From IMG/VR virus record IMGVR_UViG_3300028048_000066, positions 84,164 through 148,163 of that record: a stretch of DNA of 64,000 nucleotides. The stretch is one strand, 5' to 3'. The stretch comes from a virus (taxonomy: Duplodnaviria; Caudoviricetes). Under the pieces are notes generated by a model. That model was not told the origin of the DNA. It did no database searches and worked only from the letters and a program-made list of their open reading frames with translations. Positions 58,695 through 64,000 of this stretch are shown one piece after another. Numbering within the stretch: the stretch's first letter is position 1; each line of letters opens with the position of its first letter. Position numbers and translations under genes: made by a program.

Positions 58695-60017
58695 ATGAAA
58701 AACATATTATTTGAAGGATTTAAGAATTATTATAAGAAGTTGGAAGAAGGGTGTTTTGGTGTAGATTTGGAAGAATCTGCTAAAACTGATTTTATAAACA
58801 AGTTTGGTCAAGAAACATTCAATAAGTTTGAAAAGGCAAAACAACGACTTAAAAATAATGGATACTCTACTGATTATCAACAGTACTTGAAGATGAACGA
58901 CAAAGAGTTACAAGACCTTATACTTTCTTTATATGATGACAAAAAAGATGCCCAAAAGAAAAGAATAATAAGTGGAAAAGATAAAGAGATAAGAGGTAAG
59001 TATAAATATCTCGGTGAAAAAGATGGTTATAAAGTATATCAACCTTTAAACTATCTTGCATCTATGGATTTAGGTGTTAATACTGGTTGGTGTACTGCTG
59101 GTAGATATGGACATTACGGACACCCAGAGTTTACACCTAGTCTTAACGATGCGAGAAAACATTGGAAAGATTATACTAAACAAGGAATTAAATTTTATTA
59201 CTTCTTAAATCCAACAACAATGTATGGTGAGTATGCTATTGCTTTGTATCCGAGAGTGTTAGATGTTTATGAAGAATATGGTAAATATTATATAAATAAA
59301 ACAAACATTGAACTATTTAATGCAGAAGATAATTTAGATTATAGTTCAATCGGTAAACTTCCATTAGACTTAATTCCAGAAAAAATAATTTTAGACTATA
59401 AAGAGTTAGAAGAAGTTGAAATTGAAGATGGAGTTTTGGTTAAATATAGAGGAAACGATAAAAAGTTTGTTGTCCCAAATAATGTAACAAGCATAGGTAA
59501 TTATGCATTTAATTTGAGTCATAATCTAACAAGTATAACGATACCAAACAATGTAGAAAGTATAGGGGCTTGTGCATTCGCTGGTTGTGCAGGTTTAACA
59601 AGTATAGAAATACCAAATAGTGTGACAGATATAGGGGAGTATGCATTCTATAACTGTGTAGATTTAAAAAGTATAACGATACCAAATAGCATAACAAGTA
59701 TAAGTGATTGTGTATTTTCTGCCTGTAAAGGTTTAACAAGTATAACGATACCAAACAATGTAACAAAAATAGGAGACTTTGCATTCTATGGCTGTATAAA
59801 ACTTACAAGTGTAACTATCTCAGATAGTGTAACGAGTATAGGTAATAATGCATTCTGTGAATGTAGAGGATTAACAAACATAACGATTCCTGATAGTGTA
59901 ACGAGCATAGGAAAGTCTGCATTCTATAGGTGTAGTAAAATAACTGTAAAAACAAATAGTAAGTATGTAATTGATTATTGTCAAAAGAATGATATAGAAG
60001 TAGAATCAATTAGATAA
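58695..60017 (+). CDS. WC-motif domain fused to BspA-type leucine-rich repeats (LRR_5)
   Basis: LTSITIP.SVTSIG..AF..C 23-aa repeats (about 7); N-terminal domain resembles 45150-45830 region of the 2037-aa protein. Confidence 0.85.
   Translation: MKNILFEGFKNYYKKLEEGCFGVDLEESAKTDFINKFGQETFNKFEKAKQRLKNNGYSTDYQQYLKMNDKELQDLILSLYDDKKDAQKKRIISGKDKEIRGKYKYLGEKDGYKVYQPLNYLASMDLGVNTGWCTAGRYGHYGHPEFTPSLNDARKHWKDYTKQGIKFYYFLNPTTMYGEYAIALYPRVLDVYEEYGKYYINKTNIELFNAEDNLDYSSIGKLPLDLIPEKIILDYKELEEVEIEDGVLVKYRGNDKKFVVPNNVTSIGNYAFNLSHNLTSITIPNNVESIGACAFAGCAGLTSIEIPNSVTDIGEYAFYNCVDLKSITIPNSITSISDCVFSACKGLTSITIPNNVTKIGDFAFYGCIKLTSVTISDSVTSIGNNAFCECRGLTNITIPDSVTSIGKSAFYRCSKITVKTNSKYVIDYCQKNDIEVESIR
59480..59935 (+). 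repeat. 69-bp-period tandem repeats encoding LRR_5 units
   Basis: recurrent AACAAGTATAACGATACCAAA / GTAACAAG(C/T)ATAGG / GCATTC. Confidence 0.85.
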
Positions 60018-60044
60018 AATAGTAATTAGAAAGGAGTTAATTAT

Positions 60045-60968
60045 ATGAACTTTGATATTGATTATGTATTTCCTTATGTTAATAATGGTGAACCTGTATG
60101 GCAACAATCATTTATTGACTACTGCAAGAGAAAAGGAAAAGAAGAAAAGATAAAATCTATAAATGGTGAAAGGTATAACGATATGGGGTTATTACCTATT
60201 TTAATTAAGTGTATTAAAACCAATATGAGTTGGATTAGAAAGATACATCTTATTGTTTCTAATATTGAACAAGTACCACAAGAGATTATAAATGATGAAA
60301 AAGTTAATGTTGTTTTACACAAAGACATTATACCAAATAAGTTTTTACCTACATTCAATTCAACTACAATAGAAATGTTTGTTCCAAGAATCAAGGATTT
60401 AGCAGAACATTTCATTTATGGTAATGATGATATGTATCCAATTAACCCTCTACAACCTTCTCAGTTCTTCACAGAGGACGGTAATGGTATTTTAATAAAC
60501 TTACACAGGGAAGTACTTAAACTCATTCCTAGTCAATTTAGAAAGGTCTGCTGGAATAATAACAGACTGATTATAAAGTCATTTAAGATTGAAACTAAGT
60601 TAAGCGAGAAAGAATATTACAGACCTTATCACAGCATTACACCTTGTATTAAATCTCATTGTATTGAAGTATTAGATAAATGCAAAGATAAGATTTATGA
60701 AGTTATTAGAGCATTTAGAACAGATAAACAATACAATCAATATATTTATCCTGTGTATGAGAAGTTTAATGGAAGAGTACAAGACACAAGCATTAAGTTC
60801 AAATATGTAAGTAATAAGAATCCAGCAGCAACTATATGTGATGAAATTTTAAATAAGAACCACGATGTTATATGTATAAATGACAATGCTGGAGCATATA
60901 GAAGCGAAGTAATTGCAAATAAAGCATTGATTAAAGAGAGTTTCAATAAAAGATTAAGCAACAACTAA
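60045..60968 (+). CDS. Stealth-family hexose-1-phosphate transferase
   Basis: CR1 IDYVFPYVN, CR2 WIRKIHLI..LPTFNS..IE..EHFIYGNDD, CR4 ICIND. Confidence 0.9.
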   Translation: MNFDIDYVFPYVNNGEPVWQQSFIDYCKRKGKEEKIKSINGERYNDMGLLPILIKCIKTNMSWIRKIHLIVSNIEQVPQEIINDEKVNVVLHKDIIPNKFLPTFNSTTIEMFVPRIKDLAEHFIYGNDDMYPINPLQPSQFFTEDGNGILINLHREVLKLIPSQFRKVCWNNNRLIIKSFKIETKLSEKEYYRPYHSITPCIKSHCIEVLDKCKDKIYEVIRAFRTDKQYNQYIYPVYEKFNGRVQDTSIKFKYVSNKNPAATICDEILNKNHDVICINDNAGAYRSEVIANKALIKESFNKRLSNN

Positions 60969-60969
60969 T

Positions 60970-61785
60970 ATGAAAACCTCAGATATATTTAATGTTAGAA
61001 AATATAACGCAGTAGTTTGTGCTATTGCTAAAAATGAACACTTATATATCAATGAGTGGGTTGGTCACTATATCAAACTAGGTTTTGATAAGATTTTTAT
61101 TTTTGATAATGATGAAAAAGATTCTAAGTATATAGGTGATTGTATTGATAAAAAGTATTTACCAAAGGTTAAGATATTTGATAAAAGAGGGGTTCATCAA
61201 GACAAGTTTCAACATAAATGTTATCAAGAGTTTTATGACAACTATAATGAGTCTTTTAATTGGTGTCTATTTTGTGATGTAGATGAGTTCCTAGACGGTT
61301 TAAAAAATATAAAAGATGTGCTTAAAACTATCCCTAAGAAAATAGGACAAGTTAGAGTAAAGTGGAGATTGTTTGGTGATGACAATCTTGTAGAAAGAGA
61401 TGTTACAAAACCTGTTTACAAATTTTTCAAAGAGGTTAAAAGTGGAAGACTAGAAAATCAAGGTAAGTTCATTTTAAGAGGTGGACTTAAAGATGTTGTA
61501 ATAGTATCTGCTCATTTTGCTAGTATCCTTGAAAGAAACAATTTAGTTCCATCTTGTTTACCTTCTGGTAAGAGATGTAATGATAAAATAGATATTACAA
61601 CAAACTACTCAAATGAAAAGATTTATCTTAATCACTATATGACAAAGACCTTAAGTGAGTTTGTTAATCAAAAGATAAATAGAGGAGATGCTGTATTTGG
61701 AAGTAGAACAATTAACCTTGATTATTTTTGGAATCTTAATGAAAAAACACCAGAAAAGGAGGAGTGGATAAAAAATAATTTATAA
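60970..61785 (+). CDS. glycosyltransferase, GT2/GT92-like
   Basis: CAIAKNE..YI.EW..HY..LGFD.I.I.DN and DVDEF (DxD) motifs, LNHY. Confidence 0.88.
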   Translation: MKTSDIFNVRKYNAVVCAIAKNEHLYINEWVGHYIKLGFDKIFIFDNDEKDSKYIGDCIDKKYLPKVKIFDKRGVHQDKFQHKCYQEFYDNYNESFNWCLFCDVDEFLDGLKNIKDVLKTIPKKIGQVRVKWRLFGDDNLVERDVTKPVYKFFKEVKSGRLENQGKFILRGGLKDVVIVSAHFASILERNNLVPSCLPSGKRCNDKIDITTNYSNEKIYLNHYMTKTLSEFVNQKINRGDAVFGSRTINLDYFWNLNEKTPEKEEWIKNNL

Positions 61786-61813
61786 ATATTTTTTAAAAAC
61801 TTATTAAAATCGC

Positions 61814-61842
61814 TTGACATTTGTTTCAAAAAGTACTATAAT
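61814..61842 (+). promoter_or_regulatory. sigma-A early promoter (TTGACA-N17-TATAAT)
   Basis: perfect consensus. Confidence 0.9.
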
Positions 61843-61896
61843 GGTTAGTGTAGGATGAAAGTGTCTTACCTAACTATTTTTAATTTGAGGTGGAAT

Positions 61897-62061
61897 ATGT
61901 ACAAAACAAAATTAGACTATATTGAAATTACAGTTTGTGTCAAATGTGATTTAACTTGGGATGAGAGAAAAGAACTCATTGAAAATTATAATAAACAAGG
62001 ATTCAATCTTGAGAATCAATGCAAGAACACATATTATTTTGTAAAATATTTTAAGGCATAA
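61897..62061 (+). CDS. hypothetical small protein
   Basis: start moved to ATG 61897 behind GAGGTG. Confidence 0.65.
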   Translation: MYKTKLDYIEITVCVKCDLTWDERKELIENYNKQGFNLENQCKNTYYFVKYFKA

Positions 62062-62073
62062 GGAGAAGCATTT

Positions 62074-62541
62074 ATGGAATTTGTCTATTCAGACGGGGGT
62101 CGTAGTAAATATTTTAAAGCAGGTAATGTTGGAGATTGTGTTGTAAGAGCAATCTGTAATGCTACTGGCAAAGACTATAAAGAAGTCTATGATGCAATCA
62201 ATAAGATGTCTAAAAGTGAAAGAACAGGTAAAAGAAAGAAGAAGACATCTAATGCAAGAAATGGTGTATACAAGACAACCTATAAGAAATATATTGAAGA
62301 TGTTCTTGGTTGGAAGTGGCATCCAACAATGAAAATTGGTGAGGGTTGCACAATGCATTTGGTAGAAGGTGAGATTCCAGATGGCACAATTATTGTATCA
62401 TTATCAAAGCACAATACCTGCGTTAAGAACAAAGTTATTTATGATACCTATGATTGTTCTGAAAAAGAGTATTATGATGCTTGGGGAAATTTGATGGTAA
62501 ATAACGAAAGATGCGTTTATGGTTACTGGAGTGAGTGCTAA
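62074..62541 (+). CDS. conserved phage protein (DGGR..GDCVVRAI; papain-like Cys/His fold possible)
   Basis: GDCVVRAI..ATG..Y..VY, H..CV...YDT.D motifs. Confidence 0.8.
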   Translation: MEFVYSDGGRSKYFKAGNVGDCVVRAICNATGKDYKEVYDAINKMSKSERTGKRKKKTSNARNGVYKTTYKKYIEDVLGWKWHPTMKIGEGCTMHLVEGEIPDGTIIVSLSKHNTCVKNKVIYDTYDCSEKEYYDAWGNLMVNNERCVYGYWSEC

Positions 62542-62550
62542 ATTAAAAGA
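62536..62550 (+). promoter_or_regulatory. late-promoter motif variant TGCTAAATTAAAAGA
   Basis: 14/15 match; overlaps upstream stop codon and lies only 8 nt before the next ATG. Confidence 0.5.
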
Positions 62551-62558
62551 AGGGAAGT

Positions 62559-62723
62559 ATGAAAAAGAAGATTGTTGATAAGAAAACAGGTAAAGTTGTT
62601 AGAGAGTTTAAAGTAAGGGATTACTCTATTCTTTTAGGACAAATCAACAATCCTCATACTGTCCAGAAAAATAAAAAGAAATATACAAGGAAGCAAAAGC
62701 ACAAAAAGGACTATAATGAATAA
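62559..62723 (+). CDS. 54-aa basic peptide with ArfA/BrfA-like C-terminal motif (KNKKKYTRKQKHK), not in ORF track
   Basis: AAGGGA RBS, ATG 62559, TAA 62721-62723, overlaps next start. Confidence 0.65.
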   Translation: MKKKIVDKKTGKVVREFKVRDYSILLGQINNPHTVQKNKKKYTRKQKHKKDYNE

Positions 62724-63408
62724 AGGTGATAGAGTAAGAATCACAGATACTGGAACTGCTTTTGATGGCAAAGAAGGAGTACTAGAAGAAATCATTGAAA
62801 ATGGTGATAATACACAATGCACCATTTTTGTTGATTTTATTCCAGATGAGGGAAAAAAGGTTAGACAAAACTTTGAGATTGCTAATGTTGAATTTTTAAC
62901 TGAAGGTAAAAACAAGAACAATAAAGGCAAGAAACCAGTTAAAGATGACACCAAAAAAGAAATAGACTGCAGTGCTTATGATTTATCATCTTTAGTACCA
63001 ATTAAAGAAGTGTTTTCAGTAGATGGTAAATATCCAAAAGAAGTATTAGTATCTGATTACTTTAAAAACTATCTTAATGATTGCTATAAATCAGTTTGTT
63101 ATTCAGCAAGATTAAAGACAGATTTATTACATAAGGTAGATGTTGCTTGTAGTAGAATAACCAAGTCTTGTTGGTTTGAAGGGTATGACCAACCACCACT
63201 TCAAGGAGTTCCAGAGTTTTATGGTAGTAAGGTAAAAGAATTAAAACTTGGTTCTATAAATAATAATCAAATAAGAATATTGTACTTTGTTGTGTGTGAT
63301 AAGATAGTATTTACAAGTATATTAGTACATAAACAACCTGCACTTACATATAAAGAAAAGGAAAGTTCTTTTAGATGTGTAGATGTGGTATATAAAAGAA
63401 AAAAGTAA
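62716..63408 (+). CDS. KOW/SH3-like N-terminus plus C-terminal RelE/Gp49-like domain
   Basis: KGDRVRI; C-terminal KELKL...IRILYF....IV..S...HK...L..KE pattern of phage-derived RelE family. Confidence 0.55.
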   Translation: MNKGDRVRITDTGTAFDGKEGVLEEIIENGDNTQCTIFVDFIPDEGKKVRQNFEIANVEFLTEGKNKNNKGKKPVKDDTKKEIDCSAYDLSSLVPIKEVFSVDGKYPKEVLVSDYFKNYLNDCYKSVCYSARLKTDLLHKVDVACSRITKSCWFEGYDQPPLQGVPEFYGSKVKELKLGSINNNQIRILYFVVCDKIVFTSILVHKQPALTYKEKESSFRCVDVVYKRKK

Positions 63409-63437
63409 TTGACAAACACATAAAAAAGTAGTATAAT
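63409..63437 (+). promoter_or_regulatory. sigma-A early promoter (TTGACA-N17-TATAAT)
   Basis: perfect consensus. Confidence 0.9.
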
Positions 63438-63470
63438 ATATGAAAGGATTAAAATCAGGAGATATTATAT

Positions 63471-64000
63471 ATGGCAATTGATTATAGCAGATTGACTAAA
63501 AAAGAGCAAGAGTGGGCAAGATATTATGAAGAATGTGATAAAAGACTTGAAGAAGGTTTGACCACAGAAGATATTGATGCACCAGAAGAAGATATGAGAG
63601 CAGTTAAACTTGCTCAATATTTAGGCATTACAGAAGATGAAATTGAACAATCAGAACACAATCAAAATGTTTACAGTGTAGATGGTGGAGAACAAGAATG
63701 GTTCGTTGGTACTTTTGAAGAAGCAAAAGATGAGGCACTTAAAATTGTTGAAGAGTTCTGCGATGAAGTTGGACTTGAAGGATTAAGTGATTGGATGCAA
63801 AGGTGGGCAGTGAATTATGCTGTTGACACTGATAGACTTGCAAATTGGTGTTTGGATGATGTCGCAGACTGGGTAGATGGAATGTCTGATGATGATGTGA
63901 TTTATGAAGTTGTTGAAAGCAGACTTTATGATAAATCTGATGTATATGAAGTTGATGAAGAAGAATCAATTGAACAAAGAAAGGTTGTATATTCTGATAA
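63471..64000 (+). CDS. acidic hypothetical protein, truncated by window end (MAIDYSRLTKKEQEW...)
   Basis: AGGAG RBS, ATG 63471, open frame to end of window. Confidence 0.8.
   Translation, partial: MAIDYSRLTKKEQEWARYYEECDKRLEEGLTTEDIDAPEEDMRAVKLAQYLGITEDEIEQSEHNQNVYSVDGGEQEWFVGTFEEAKDEALKIVEEFCDEVGLEGLSDWMQRWAVNYAVDTDRLANWCLDDVADWVDGMSDDDVIYEVVESRLYDKSDVYEVDEEESIEQRKVVYSD

Noticed and set aside
1028-63969. Numerous minus-strand ORFs in the track (e.g. 16053-17090, 18046-18924, 51890-52345)
   Set aside because: They are antisense shadows of acidic/repetitive + strand genes (Ser/Leu/Phe-rich), lack RBSs and fully overlap well-supported genes
1-64000. Stop-codon reassignment, as seen in some large gut phages
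   Set aside because: Long genes are intact in code 11; TAG and TGA both terminate genes at sensible boundaries and Trp is TGG
1-64000. tRNA, rRNA, integrase or transposase genes
   Set aside because: No cloverleaf/T-loop signatures or recombinase motifs recognised; intergenic gaps are mostly accounted for by promoters and terminators

Overview
This window is 64 kb of a large, AT-rich (roughly 30% GC by eye), tailed dsDNA phage genome. Essentially every real gene is on the + strand in the standard genetic code. AGGAG ribosome-binding sites, perfect sigma-A promoters and a SipW-type signal peptide point to a Bacillota (Firmicutes) host. Layout: (i) 0.2-11.3 kb, dense small early/accessory genes (YopX and others). 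(ii) 11.4-16.9 kb, two very acidic modular proteins. (iii) 16.9-36.6 kb, baseplate/tail-fibre/adhesin genes, including a paralogous family with a shared N-terminal peptide. (iv) 36.7-41.3 kb, early-gene islands (YodL and others) around a TasA/SipW-type secreted protein. (v) 41.5-49.6 kb, two polyvalent multi-effector proteins. (vi) 49.6-58.6 kb, holin-like genes and a T4-like head module (terminase, portal, prohead protease-scaffold fusion, gp23-like capsid). (vii) 58.7-64 kb, an LRR protein, Stealth and glycosyltransferase genes, an ArfA/BrfA-like peptide and a RelE-like protein. Two promoter classes are visible: 8 sigma-A promoters before small-gene islands and 12 copies of a TGCTAAATTAAATGA motif, mostly before virion genes. 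The strongest candidate for a new system is a set of putatively late-expressed polyproteins whose effector domains (ADP-ribosyltransferase-like, GNAT, others) are separated by ESL(K/N/D)E-type linkers. These linkers match the L-x-E specificity expected of the phage's own gp21-type head protease, suggesting a capsid-packaged, protease-released effector payload. All family assignments are motif recognition by eye, not database results.
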